64,000 nucleotides of DNA from an uncultured Planctomycetota bacterium (GTDB lineage: Bacteria > Planctomycetota > Planctomycetia > Pirellulales > Lacipirellulaceae), in the NCBI GenBank assembly GCA_963719315.1, contig CAVRBU010000017.1, forward strand, positions 64,001 through 128,000, read 5' to 3'. The notes beneath the pieces were generated by a model. That model saw nothing but the letters and a program-made list of their open reading frames with translations, made no database searches and was not told where the DNA came from. Below, one piece after another: positions 37,446 through 47,454 of the stretch (positions are counted from its first letter, which is position 1; every line of letters starts with the position of its first letter). The translations under genes and the position numbers were made by a program.

Positions 37446-37461
37446 AGCAAAACGTATGCCG
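37446..37461 (-). promoter_or_regulatory. Putative sigma-54 promoter
   Basis: CGGCATACGTTTTGCT (GG-N10-GC) ~100 bp upstream of the cytochrome gene. Confidence 0.5.
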
Positions 37462-37547
37462 CGCAGGGGACTTTGTACACAGAGTCTTGATAGACCCCAT
37501 TTGCCGAAAGGGGCGTTCGCAAATTCACAAAATTGTAATGCAAATGC

Positions 37548-37574
37548 AGGTCCCGCTCGGCAAGCGGGACCTAC
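37548..37574. repeat. GTAGGTCCC-family REP (partner arm degenerate at ~37490-37514)
   Basis: aggtcccgctcggcaagcgggacctac, identical to the arm ending at 32013. Confidence 0.8.
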
Positions 37575-37715
37575 TTTTGGGCAAAGCCCAGTGGATCAAT
37601 GGAAGCCCGCCCTAGCTTCCGCTGTTTGGTTGACAGCGAAACAATCAGCTTGGTCGCGTATAATGTGGCGGTTCGACTGCTCACTAATTCTGTTTTTACC
37701 ATTATCAAGAACGTC

Positions 37716-39383
37716 ATGGCGATATCCCACGAACCCGATCTCTCGATTGGCGAATACCTCATTCGTCGGCTCCAGGACTACGGCATTAGCGATGTGTTCG
37801 GGATCCCGGGCGATTACGTCCTGTCGTTCTACACGATGCTCGAAGAAAGTCCGCTGCGGGTGATCGGCTGCACGCGCGAAGATTGCGCCGGCTTCGCGGC
37901 CGACGCCTACGCCCGCGTGCACGGCATGGGAGCGCTGTGCGTTACGTACTGCGTCGGCGGCCTGAGCGTGTGCAACTCGATCGCCGGTGCGTATGCCGAG
38001 AAGTCACCCGTGGTGATGATCACCGGTTCGCCCGGCATTCGCGAGCGCGTGCACAATCCCTTGCTGCACCACATGGTCCGCAATTTTCGCACGCAGTACG
38101 ACGTGTTCGAAAAACTAACCGTCGCGGGCACTGAGCTGAGCGATCCTCAAACAGCGTTTAGCGAAATCGATCGCGTTCTGGCGACGTGCGCCCGTTTCAA
38201 GCGGCCTGTCTACATCGAAATCCTGCGCGACATGGTGCACGTGCGGCCCGAAATGTCGCCATCGTACAAGCAGTTGGAATTGCGCAGCGACACGCGGGCG
38301 CTGGCCGAGGCGATCGACGAAACCGTCAAGCGCATCCAAAACGCCCGGCAGCCCGTGCTGCTGCTGGGCGTCGAAATCCACCGCTTCGGTTTGCAAGAGG
38401 ATGCCGTGCGGCTGGCCGAAGCATCCGGCATTCCCATGGCCGCCACGACGCTTGGCAAGGGCGTCGTGTCGGAAACGCACCCGCAGTACATGGGCCTGTA
38501 TGAAGGCGCGCTGGGTCACGACGACGTCACCAAGTACGTTGAGGCCAGCGATTGCGTGCTGATGCTCGGAACGTTCATGACCGATATCAATCTCGGCATC
38601 TACACGGCCGAGCTTGACTTGGGCGACTGCATCTACGTCACCAGCGAAGATTGCCGCGTGCGATATCACCACTATCACGACGTCCAGTTGACGGATTTCG
38701 TGCGGGCGCTCGCCGCCCGCAACCCGCGGCCTAACAGCCCGCCGCCCCCGGCGCCGAGGGGCTTTTCAAAGGAGCCGTTTACGCTTCGTCCGAACGATCG
38801 CATCACCGTAACGCGGCTCATCGACCGGCTCGATGAGCAGCTTGCGGATGGGACCGTCGTCATTGCGGACGTGGGCGATGCCCTGTTTGGCGCGACCGAG
38901 CTCACCACCCGCGGCAAAACCGAGTTCATCAGCCCGGCGTATTACACGTCGATGGGTTTCGCCGTGCCGGCCGCGCTGGGCGTCCATGTCGCGCGGCCCG
39001 ATGCGCGGGTCGTCGCGATCGTCGGCGACGGCGCGTTTCAAATGACGGGCCTGGAATTCTCTAACCTGGTGCGCAATAAGTTCCCGACCGTCGTCATCGT
39101 CCTCGATAACAAGGGCTACGGGACCGAACGTCTGCTGCACCCCGGCGACTGGAAATTCAACGACATCCCGCATTGGCAGTTTCACCGCCTGCCGGAGCTC
39201 GTTGGCGGCGGCAAAGGCTATCTCATCCGCACCGAAGGCGAGTTCGACCGGGCTCTTGAAGCCGCTTGGAAAGAGCGTGGCGCCCCCAGCATCCTGCAAG
39301 TCGTTATCGATCCTAAAGATTGCAGCCGAGCGCTCGCTCGCCTGGCTGAGAGGATGAGTAAAACGGTGGTGCAGAAGCTGTAA
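37716..39383 (+). CDS. ThDP-dependent alpha-keto acid (indolepyruvate/pyruvate-type) decarboxylase
   Basis: FGIPGDY, AADAYAR, IAGAYAE, LLHH, GDGAFQMTG...LDNKGYGTER. Confidence 0.9.
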   Translation: MAISHEPDLSIGEYLIRRLQDYGISDVFGIPGDYVLSFYTMLEESPLRVIGCTREDCAGFAADAYARVHGMGALCVTYCVGGLSVCNSIAGAYAEKSPVVMITGSPGIRERVHNPLLHHMVRNFRTQYDVFEKLTVAGTELSDPQTAFSEIDRVLATCARFKRPVYIEILRDMVHVRPEMSPSYKQLELRSDTRALAEAIDETVKRIQNARQPVLLLGVEIHRFGLQEDAVRLAEASGIPMAATTLGKGVVSETHPQYMGLYEGALGHDDVTKYVEASDCVLMLGTFMTDINLGIYTAELDLGDCIYVTSEDCRVRYHHYHDVQLTDFVRALAARNPRPNSPPPPAPRGFSKEPFTLRPNDRITVTRLIDRLDEQLADGTVVIADVGDALFGATELTTRGKTEFISPAYYTSMGFAVPAALGVHVARPDARVVAIVGDGAFQMTGLEFSNLVRNKFPTVVIVLDNKGYGTERLLHPGDWKFNDIPHWQFHRLPELVGGGKGYLIRTEGEFDRALEAAWKERGAPSILQVVIDPKDCSRALARLAERMSKTVVQKL

Positions 39384-39407
39384 GCGATTCGCCGCTACAA
39401 TGACGCC

Positions 39408-39953
39408 ATGAGTGCTTGGATGTATTTTTTGTGGGCCGTGCTACTCGTGGTGGGTAGTTGCGCGGCGTGGCTCACATCGCTCGTGACGCTGCCCGGCAAT
39501 TGGTTCATCGTTGGATTCGCGGCATTGTTCGCCTGGTTGATTCCCGTGGATGCTGGGCGCGGCGTTTCTTGGAACACAGTCGCCGTGCTTCTAGGCCTCG
39601 CGGTTGTCGGGGAGATCGTTGAGTTCGGTGCCGGGGCGGCCGGGGCGGCCAAGCATGGCGCGAGCAAGCGTGGCGTTGCGCTGTCGATGGTCGGGGCCCT
39701 CGTGGGCAGTATCCTCGGCCTCACCGCCGGGCTGCCGATTCCGGTGGTGGGATCGTTTTTCATGGCCCTCGTCGGGGGAGCTGCCGGCGCATTCTTCGGC
39801 GCGTACATTGGCGAAACGTGGAAAGGGCGTCCCGAGGAACATCGCGTGGCCGTCGGCCGCGGCGCGTTCGCCGGCCGCATCTGGGGTACGGTTGGCAAGT
39901 TGGCGGTCGGCGCGATCATGCTCGCGATTTTGGCGTGGGATGCGCTGTTCTAA
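39408..39953 (+). CDS. DUF456-family membrane protein
   Basis: LPGNW, GAAKHGASKRG, IPVVG, GAFFGAYIGE. Confidence 0.8.
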   Translation: MSAWMYFLWAVLLVVGSCAAWLTSLVTLPGNWFIVGFAALFAWLIPVDAGRGVSWNTVAVLLGLAVVGEIVEFGAGAAGAAKHGASKRGVALSMVGALVGSILGLTAGLPIPVVGSFFMALVGGAAGAFFGAYIGETWKGRPEEHRVAVGRGAFAGRIWGTVGKLAVGAIMLAILAWDALF

Positions 39954-39989
39954 CGACCAGCACCACCAAAATCGCGCTGCCAAAAAGAC

Positions 39990-40019
39990 GCAGGCCCCGT
40001 TCAAGCGAGCGGGGCCTGC
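39990..40019. terminator. GC-rich hairpin between convergent genes (probable terminator)
   Basis: gcaggccccg ... cggggcctgc with an upstream A-run. Confidence 0.55.
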
Positions 40020-40161
40020 TGGAATCGCGCGAGGTTTGTCCAGGTTCAAGTGGTGGGCAGCATGCTCTCTCGCCGCTGCTGGTGAGGATGTCTCGGCCGA
40101 AACCATGCCTACGCCGCGGCGGCGAAGGCATGCCACAAATCAATTCGGCATGGCGCAAGCG

Positions 40162-40770
40162 CTAGGTCGTTTTGCCTTTGGTCATCTTCGTGAAGTGGCC
40201 AGCGACTCCGGCCGACTGCACGGCGCTCGCGATGTCGTTGGCGGTGACTTTGTCGTTGCCGTTGAGGCCGACGCGAAGCTCGCCCATCTTTACGTCCACG
40301 GTGGAGTGCTTGACGTCGACGCCCTTCACTTTTTCCAATTCAGCGAGCGCCGCCGTGCCGCTCTCCTTGGTGATGGGCGCATAGATGACGATTTGCAGCG
40401 TCGGCGCGGTCTGGCCCTTCGGCGTCGTGGCGCCGATCACCTTGCTCCATTGGTTGAGGTCCTCGGCCGGGTCAATTTCGGCCATGAGGTGCATTGGCCT
40501 GGCTTTGCCCGATGCCTTGCCTTCGTGAATCTTCGCTTGCAAGCCGTTGTTGGTGAGTGCCTTGGTGATTGCGGCGGATTGGGCGCTATCGGCCCCGAGA
40601 ACCTCGATCGTAACCCTTTGCTTACCGCTGGTCGCTGTGGAAGTATGGCGCGGCGTTTTCGCGTGCCTCGGGGACGTACCACCGATCGAACGTGGCGCGG
40701 CGAACGTTGCCGTCGCCAACAGTGAGCACGCGGCCAGCGCCAGAGTGGCGTAGAACATCGACTTCATCAT
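40162..40770 (-). CDS. Secreted protein with HMA-like repeats lacking CxxC
   Basis: Signal peptide; ELEKVKGVD...VDVKMGELRV...DIASAVQSAG pattern. Confidence 0.6.
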   Translation of the reverse strand: MMKSMFYATLALAACSLLATATFAAPRSIGGTSPRHAKTPRHTSTATSGKQRVTIEVLGADSAQSAAITKALTNNGLQAKIHEGKASGKARPMHLMAEIDPAEDLNQWSKVIGATTPKGQTAPTLQIVIYAPITKESGTAALAELEKVKGVDVKHSTVDVKMGELRVGLNGNDKVTANDIASAVQSAGVAGHFTKMTKGKTT

Positions 40771-41383
40771 GACCTTCTCCTTTGCTAAAAAAATGGGACA
40801 AACAGGTCGTCGCCGGCCTGACCGAATCGAACCATTGCGCCGAGCGAGATCGTTGCGCCGGCGGGTAAGGCCGCTATTTCAGCAGCGGCATGGGGGCGGG
40901 GGAACAAAGGGAGGCGAGCCGGGGAACGGGGCTGTGTTCCAGGGCCGACTCGCTTCCGGTGGGGGCGACCGGTCTTGGATAGACCGGCAACGCTTGCTTA
41001 TTTACGCGCGGCGAGGCGATGAAGTTCTGCGAAATCCGGCGACTTTTTCGAAAATATGCTTCCAAGCACCATGAGCCCCCAATACGTCGCGCTCAGCATT
41101 TACAGAACAAAACTCAGCTATTTTCGCAAGTAGTTTGGGCCGCTGCCCATCGGTCGTTCCGGCAAGCTATGCGGGCGGTAACGATTGTGCCCATGCGCCG
41201 TCGCCGCTTTTGCGGGCTGTGCGGGTGAAAGCACCGGCGGTGCGGCCGGATGGGCCGGTTTTGCTGGTTGTCGGCCTCGCGGACGGTCGAATTCTGATTC
41301 TACGGATCGTTCGCAAAACGACGGCGGTAACGATTTGCCTGCAACCGGCGCCGCCCGACCGCGCGTCGCACCCTGGACAACGG

Positions 41384-42580
41384 ATGACACAACCTTGGTC
41401 CAACACCCGGCGCTGGCTGGCGGCTTGCCTCGCGGCAACGAGCTTCGCCGCTGCGCCTTGCGTCGCCGCGGAACCGGGCAGTAGCAATTCGCTGCCCGTG
41501 CGGGGCGAGACAGTGACCGGTGATGCACCGGCCGCCTACCGGCTGCCTCTCATCGGCCTGTGCGATCCGGCCGACGAAGCCCGCATTACGGGCAACGCGG
41601 TTGCTGCCGATACGTACAGGGTCGCAGCTAAGCCGCAAGCGGCGAACGCCACGATTGCAACTGCGCCGGCCGTTTCCACAGCGGCTTCCGCCGCCACGCT
41701 CCCCTTTCCCTCGAATACGGCCGGTTTGACCGCCCAGCTTCTGCCGGCCGTGCAGCGCGGTTACAACCTCGCGCAGCGCGGCGCGTTCTTCGCCGCCCGC
41801 ATGGAGTTCATCCAAGTTTTGCGTCGCGTGGCCCAGGCCAAAGACGCGGCCGCCGGCACCAATGAGTTTTCGGCCGCTCTTGCCGCCGGTCTGCGAGCGA
41901 TGGATGAGGCCGACGACTTCGTCCCACGGGGCACGCAGCTCGAAGGCGAGCTCGATGTCCGCGCCGTCGCTTCATCGCACCGCACGCCCGTGTTGCGCGA
42001 ACACCACGAGACCGTCTTGCCGCACGAAGCGGTCGCGCTCTATCACAAGTTCGCGCAGGAACGGCTGGCCCGCGCCGCCGTGGACGAACAAGCCGGCTCG
42101 ATGGCCCTGTACGGCATCGGCAACGTGTACGCCCGCCTCGCAGAGCGACGCGATGACGATGTGCAGTGCACGCGCGGCGCGATGACCATGTACTGTGCCG
42201 CGCTCGATTCATGCCCGAACAACAATCTGGCCGCCAACGAACTCGGCGTGCTGCTGTGCCGCACCGGTCATCCGGCCGAGGCCATCGACAACTTCAAGTG
42301 GGCCATCGACGTGGCCCCCAGCGCGACCGCGTACCATAACCTGGCCGTCGCGCAGCAGAAGCTGAACATGCCGGCCGCCTCGGCGGCCAACGAGCAAGAA
42401 TCCGAGCGGCTCGCCGCCTGGGAGCGGGCAACCGGCTCCATCTCGCGGCGGGCCGGCGTTGACTGGGTAACGCCCGCCGAGTTGGCCCGCGTCTCGCAGC
42501 CCGCCCCGTTAACCTCCGCAACCGCTGAATCTGCCGTCTCCACACGACCCATCCCTCCGCCTCAGCACAAATGGCGTTAA
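41384..42580 (+). CDS. Exported TPR-repeat protein
   Basis: Signal peptide; AANELGVLL and AYHNLAVAQQKL TPR helices. Confidence 0.75.
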   Translation: MTQPWSNTRRWLAACLAATSFAAAPCVAAEPGSSNSLPVRGETVTGDAPAAYRLPLIGLCDPADEARITGNAVAADTYRVAAKPQAANATIATAPAVSTAASAATLPFPSNTAGLTAQLLPAVQRGYNLAQRGAFFAARMEFIQVLRRVAQAKDAAAGTNEFSAALAAGLRAMDEADDFVPRGTQLEGELDVRAVASSHRTPVLREHHETVLPHEAVALYHKFAQERLARAAVDEQAGSMALYGIGNVYARLAERRDDDVQCTRGAMTMYCAALDSCPNNNLAANELGVLLCRTGHPAEAIDNFKWAIDVAPSATAYHNLAVAQQKLNMPAASAANEQESERLAAWERATGSISRRAGVDWVTPAELARVSQPAPLTSATAESAVSTRPIPPPQHKWR

Positions 42581-42631
42581 ACGATTCTGCTTCGCTCGAC
42601 GCAAACTGTCCTAACTCACCGCCCGCCGCCC

Positions 42632-43874
42632 ATGACGACAACTCGCTGCAACAAGAATCGGTGGTTTGCCGTCGTGGCAATGGGTGTAGCGGCGGGTGCG
42701 GTTTGCATCGGCGAACGCGCAGCGGCCCAACAGCCGTGCCAATCCTGTCAACTATCCCAACCATGCCGGCCGATCAATTTCGCAGCTCCGTATCCGATTT
42801 GGGGCGTTGATAGCGCGGCCGGCTGCGGCTGCGGCGAGGTCGGCTGGGACGCCCGCGGCATGATCCCCTGGCAAGAGTTCGCGCAGGGTGAATACGTCGG
42901 CCACGCCCGCACGCCCCAAGTGCCCGAGTATCGCATCCGCGAGAGCGATGTCGTCGCCGTCTACTACCGCCGCACACGCGAAGAAATCTCGCGCCCGTAC
43001 GAGATCCAAGTCGGCGATCGCCTCCGCGTCGAGTCCCTCACCTCCGGTCGCAGCACGACAAGCACCTCCGCCGGCGCCGACGCCCAACAGGCCGACGACA
43101 ACCTTACGCGGGATCTCGTCGTGCAGCCCGATGGCACGATCACGCTCCCTTTGCTCGGCCAGGTGCGTGCCACGCGACTGACGATCACCGAGCTCCGCGA
43201 CGAACTCGAAGAACAGTACAAAAAATATTTCCGCGTGCCGTCGATCACCGTCACGCCTATTTCCGTGAACACCCGGCTGGAAGACCTGTTGAACACGGTC
43301 GATAGCCGCGCCGGCACGCTCGGCGGCTTGCAGATTCAGGTCCCCGTCACACCGGCAGGCGAAGTCCAACTTCCCGGCGTCGGCAGTGTGTTCGTGCAAG
43401 AACTCACGCTCGACGAAGCCCGCCGAGAAATCGACGCCCGCTACGACGCGGCGATCCCCGGTGTACATGTTACGCTCGTTCTCTCGCAACGCGCGAAACG
43501 ATTCGTGTACGTGATCGGCGAAGTCGCCCAACCGGGCCGCTTCGAACTCGAAGCGCCGACGGAACGTCATCCAAGCGCTGAGTCTTGCCGGTGGCACGAA
43601 CATCGGCGCGAACACGCGGCAAGTCGTCGTCTTCCGCCGCGGCCCGGATTGGCGATTGATGGCCACAATGCTCGACCTCCGCGGCGCGCTCTATGCCCGC
43701 CGCCCGGTGCCCGCCGACGATATCTGGCTCAACGATTCAGATATCGTCCTGGTGCCCAAGACGCCGATCCAGCAAGTCGACGAAGTCATCGAGCAGTACA
43801 TTGTCCGGGGCGCGTACAGCCTTATCCCCCGCGAATTGATCTGGAACCTCAACACCACCGGCTCAACGCTGTAG
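42632..43874 (+). CDS. Polysaccharide biosynthesis/export (Wza-like, Poly_export + SLBB) protein, frameshifted near 43560
   Basis: YEIQVGDRL, VQPDGTITLPLLGQV, VYVIGEVAQPG; continues NVIQALSLAGG...LNDSDIVLVPK after a +1 shift. Confidence 0.85.
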
Positions 43875-43929
43875 GAAAGGTCATCACGTAGCGGGTTTCT
43901 CCGAAACTCGAATTCCCAGGGTGCGGCGT

Positions 43930-44027
43930 AGGGTGGCTGGGGTCGAGTCCGCCGCGGCGGACGAGCCCCCAGCTGGTCGCGATTTCACTGGCGCGCTGGG
44001 GGCTCATTGCGTTCGACCCCAGCCACC
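43930..44027. repeat. REPIN copy 1 (GGGTGGCTGGGGTCGA family)
   Basis: Hairpin; direct repeat of 44461-44560. Confidence 0.88.
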
Positions 44028-44029
44028 TA

Positions 44030-44422
44030 TTACGCTCCCGCCACTTTTTTCCGTCGCGCGGGCTTGCGAATCGCCTTCCACGCCCGTCGGGCGTGTGACC
44101 GATCCAGCCGCGCTAGTTGGCACGTCCGCAAGTCGAGAGTCTTCTGTTCGCCAGCCGCCGACTTCACCAATACAAATGGCACGCACACCGAGAGCACCTT
44201 CAGCGGCGTGCCTTCCAAGGGCGGCATGAACCGAATCCGCACCGGCTCCTCCAGAGGCAAGACCCACGAATCCGAACGCCACCAGAACGACGGCAACTCC
44301 GAAATCACAAATAGCGGCGTCACGAAATCGCCCCGCCGAATCTCTTCCGGCGCAAGCGCCTTCGCCAGCGTCGCCTCGGCAGCGGCTGCTCGTTTGCACT
44401 TGGTGTCGGGGGAGGTTGTCAT
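44030..44422 (-). CDS. Hypothetical protein bracketed by duplicated REPINs
   Basis: 130-aa ORF filling the space between the repeats; basic C-terminus; no family recognised. Confidence 0.65.
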   Translation of the reverse strand: MTTSPDTKCKRAAAAEATLAKALAPEEIRRGDFVTPLFVISELPSFWWRSDSWVLPLEEPVRIRFMPPLEGTPLKVLSVCVPFVLVKSAAGEQKTLDLRTCQLARLDRSHARRAWKAIRKPARRKKVAGA

Positions 44423-44460
44423 ATAACGTAGACAAACGGTGATCGCCACAGGTTCACGCC

Positions 44461-44560
44461 AGGGTGGCTGGGGTCGAGTCCGCCGCGTCGGACGAGCCTC
44501 CAGTTCTTCGAGATTTCACCGGCGCGCTGGAGGCTTACTTCGTTCGACCCCAGCCACCCT
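44461..44560. repeat. REPIN copy 2
   Basis: About 11 mismatches to copy 1 over 98 bp. Confidence 0.88.
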
Positions 44561-44597
44561 GCGCATATTGCGTCTCGGAGTGACGCGTCCACGTGCC

Positions 44598-44780
44598 ATG
44601 AATGACGAAGCCACTTACATCTGCGGCGCTTGCGGCGAAGAAATCGTCGTCCCGATCGACATCACCCAAGGCGAGCGCCAGGAGTACGTTGAAGACTGCC
44701 CCGTCTGCTGTCGCGCCAACGTGATTCATGTCGAAATCGACGATGACGGCGAAGCGACCATCTGGTCCGAACTCGAGTAG
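44598..44780 (+). CDS. CPXCG-motif cysteine-rich small protein
   Basis: CGACGEE...QEYVEDCPVCC. Confidence 0.85.
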   Translation: MNDEATYICGACGEEIVVPIDITQGERQEYVEDCPVCCRANVIHVEIDDDGEATIWSELE

Positions 44781-44968
44781 GGGTGGGCACCGCCGACCAA
44801 CGATTTGGCACAAAATAGTGGGCGGTGTCTACCCTGCAATTACAACTCGGCGTCCCGCGGTGTGTGCTTGCTACGAACATCTACCCAAACCGCCGCCGTT
44901 TCCGCTAAGCTCGATACTCCGCCCACACATCTCCCTCCGAAACCTGCCTCCTGTTCCCTCCCACCCGC

Positions 44969-46255
44969 ATGCCCCAGCCCGATTCTGTAGATCCGATCGC
45001 CTCGCTTCGGCATCGCGGCTTTCTCATTTACCTTCTTGGAGGTTTGATTTCCAACGCGGGCAGTCAGATGCGGATTGTCGCCGTGCAGTGGGAATTTACG
45101 ATCCGCGAATCCGATCCGCGGAAGTTGGCGCTTTTCCTCGGTTACGTTGGCCTAACGCTGGTGTTGCCAGTCATCTTATTCGCTTTGCCAGCCGGGGCGG
45201 CGGCCGATCGGTTTTCGCGGCGTTGGCTGGTCCTCATCGCTCAGGTTGGGCTCGCGATCTGCGGCGTCGGGCTGGCGTGGGCGTCGTGGGTCGAGGCGCC
45301 GATTATTCTGATCTATCTTCTGTTATTCGGAACGGGGACGTTTCGCGCTTTGGGCTGGCCTGCGTCGGCAGCGATCGTCCCGGGTCTGGTACCGGCCAGG
45401 GCGTTTTCCAATGCCGCGACCTGGCGAAGCAACGCCTACCAGTTGGCCTCGACGCTCGGGCCGTTGGCGGGCGGGTTGCTCCTCGCATGGTGGAGCCCGG
45501 TGACCGTGTTTTTGATCGATGCCGCGTCGAGTCTGATCTTGGCAGCCTGCATGTTGTTCGTCCGGCCGCGTGCGCAGGAGCGCGTCGTGGAGCCGAGATC
45601 GTGGCGGGCCCTGGTACAGGGCATTCATTTCCTCCGCCGCCAGCCCATCATTCTTTCCACGATGACACTCGACATGGTGGCCGTGTTGTTCGGCGGCGTC
45701 GTCGCCCTGCTGCCGATTTTCGCGACGCAGTTTTTCCACGATCGTGAACAGGCGGCGGTCGCTTTGGGTTGGATGCGGGCGATGCCGGCGCTGGGCTCGA
45801 TTGTCATGGGATTCATTATCGCCTTGCGTCCGCCGATCAAGCGCGGCGGGCGGGCGATTCTGATCACCGTCGTGGTCTTCGGCCTGGCGACGATTGTGTT
45901 CGGCATTTCAACGTCTTTTGCGTTGTCGCTCTCAGCTCTGTTCATCTTGGGCGCGGCCGACAATATCAGCGTCGTGATCCGCCAGACCGTACTCCAGTTA
46001 ATGACGCCCGACTCGATGCGCGGGCGCGTGACGGCCGTAAGCGTAATCTTCATCGGTTCGAGCAACGAGTTGGGCGAGTTCGAATCGGGCGTAACCGCCA
46101 GCTTGCTGGGCCTGGTACCTTCGGTTGTCTTCGGCGGCGTGATGACGCTCGTCACCGTCGTCGTCGTTGCCGCTATCTGGCCCGAACTAGTCCACCTCGG
46201 CAGCCTCGAGCACTTGCAACCACCGGAACCCAGCGAAGCCGAAGTCGTGGCGTAA
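44969..46255 (+). CDS. MFS transporter (DHA3/EntS-like)
   Basis: About 12 TM helices; AGAAADRFSRR motif A; LDMVAVLFGG, TPDSMRGRV, GSSNELGEFESG. Confidence 0.9.
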   Translation: MPQPDSVDPIASLRHRGFLIYLLGGLISNAGSQMRIVAVQWEFTIRESDPRKLALFLGYVGLTLVLPVILFALPAGAAADRFSRRWLVLIAQVGLAICGVGLAWASWVEAPIILIYLLLFGTGTFRALGWPASAAIVPGLVPARAFSNAATWRSNAYQLASTLGPLAGGLLLAWWSPVTVFLIDAASSLILAACMLFVRPRAQERVVEPRSWRALVQGIHFLRRQPIILSTMTLDMVAVLFGGVVALLPIFATQFFHDREQAAVALGWMRAMPALGSIVMGFIIALRPPIKRGGRAILITVVVFGLATIVFGISTSFALSLSALFILGAADNISVVIRQTVLQLMTPDSMRGRVTAVSVIFIGSSNELGEFESGVTASLLGLVPSVVFGGVMTLVTVVVVAAIWPELVHLGSLEHLQPPEPSEAEVVA

Positions 46256-46399
46256 CTCGCGCCCTTCCACTCCCCCAGTTGCACCCAGCGGCATCCGCAA
46301 GGCATCTTCCTCGACTTGCGTAAAAGTCCGCCCCGTATCAATGGCCACCTTCTTGGCCTCGGCCAGCAGCTTTACATCCAGTCGTATGGTGGTTCTCAT
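46256..46399 (-). pseudogene. Truncated RHH/VapB-like antitoxin remnant
   Basis: MRTTIRLDVKLLAEAKKVA...TFTQVEEDALR then runs into the MFS 3' end; no toxin gene follows. Confidence 0.55.
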
Positions 46400-46705
46400 G
46401 CATCAAAGCATATTTTATAGACCTCAATATGTTCAACTGATCCCAGCTGCTGGTGGTGTCCTAATTTGCGGCACAACAACCTTGTAGCACGGACCAGTCC
46501 GTGATCTCGCACGGACTGAAGTACGTGCTACAAGGATCCGATCCGAACGGCGCCAAATTAGGACACCACCCAGCTGCTCCGGCCTCGTCGCTCTGAAAGC
46601 GACGGCAGGGATGGGGATTCCAACAATAGCAAGGCCGCTGAATTGCACTTCACACCGAATGTTCGTCAGGAAACGTTTTCCCACTTCATACTTTACTCAA
46701 AGTGA

Positions 46706-46833
46706 AACCCGCCAAGCACGGCAAGGAATACAGAGAGAAATCAACCTGGCATGCAGTGTATCTGCGAGAGGCCGTACCGGCAGACTCTCGCATTTTAATC
46801 GCAATAAGCGAGGACTTGGCGTGCTTGGCGGTT
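46706..46833. repeat. 9-nt-unit hairpin (CGCCAAGCA type); a GTAGCACGGAC REP pair lies at ~46484-46531
   Basis: aacccgccaagcacggcaag ... cttggcgtgcttggcggtt. Confidence 0.65.
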
Positions 46834-46851
46834 CGTCTTTTCAGTTTGAGC

Positions 46852-47454
46852 TCAATAGATTCGAAATAGCGTCGGCAGCAGCCCGCTCTCGTGTGAGAAT
46901 TCGAGCAATTCCACAACGCCGATCAGCAACAGTAGAAAGGCAATGCCGAAGAACCCCCGCTTCATGATACGCGGAGAAACGCTGATATCCTCTGGCTCGG
47001 AATAGAATCGAAACGAGGGAAAGAATCGTGGAATCGTTGCCAGGTAAGACAGGTAGTCGCCTCCAAATTTTTGCGACAGGTGTGCTTCCTCGCGCTTGAT
47101 TTGAAAATGATAGAGCGCCAGCAGCGCGACTCCGACGACGGCCGGCGCGGTAAATGTCTCCGTGCAGAACCCCACGCCCAAGCCGATCATCCAACTGAAT
47201 AAGTAGAGTGGGTTTCGGCAAATCGAATAGGGACCGCTTGTGACCAACTGGGCGGACTTATGACCGGAAATATATGATGTTGCCCAGGCGCGCCCGGCCG
47301 CCCCGAAACCAGCGAATGCCATTCCGACGAAAAACAAAGACTCCTCGACAGCCGGCTGACGGATGGACCAGATGGTTGTTCCACACGCAAATATCGAAAT
47401 TGCAATCACAGAAAAAAGTCTTGTCAGTTGCAGCCGAGTTCGGGTTTGCGACAT
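46852..47454 (-). CDS. Isoprenylcysteine carboxyl methyltransferase / PEMT-family membrane protein
   Basis: LVTSGPYSICRNPLY, REEAHLSQKFG, PRFFP. Confidence 0.85.
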   Translation of the reverse strand: MSQTRTRLQLTRLFSVIAISIFACGTTIWSIRQPAVEESLFFVGMAFAGFGAAGRAWATSYISGHKSAQLVTSGPYSICRNPLYLFSWMIGLGVGFCTETFTAPAVVGVALLALYHFQIKREEAHLSQKFGGDYLSYLATIPRFFPSFRFYSEPEDISVSPRIMKRGFFGIAFLLLLIGVVELLEFSHESGLLPTLFRIY

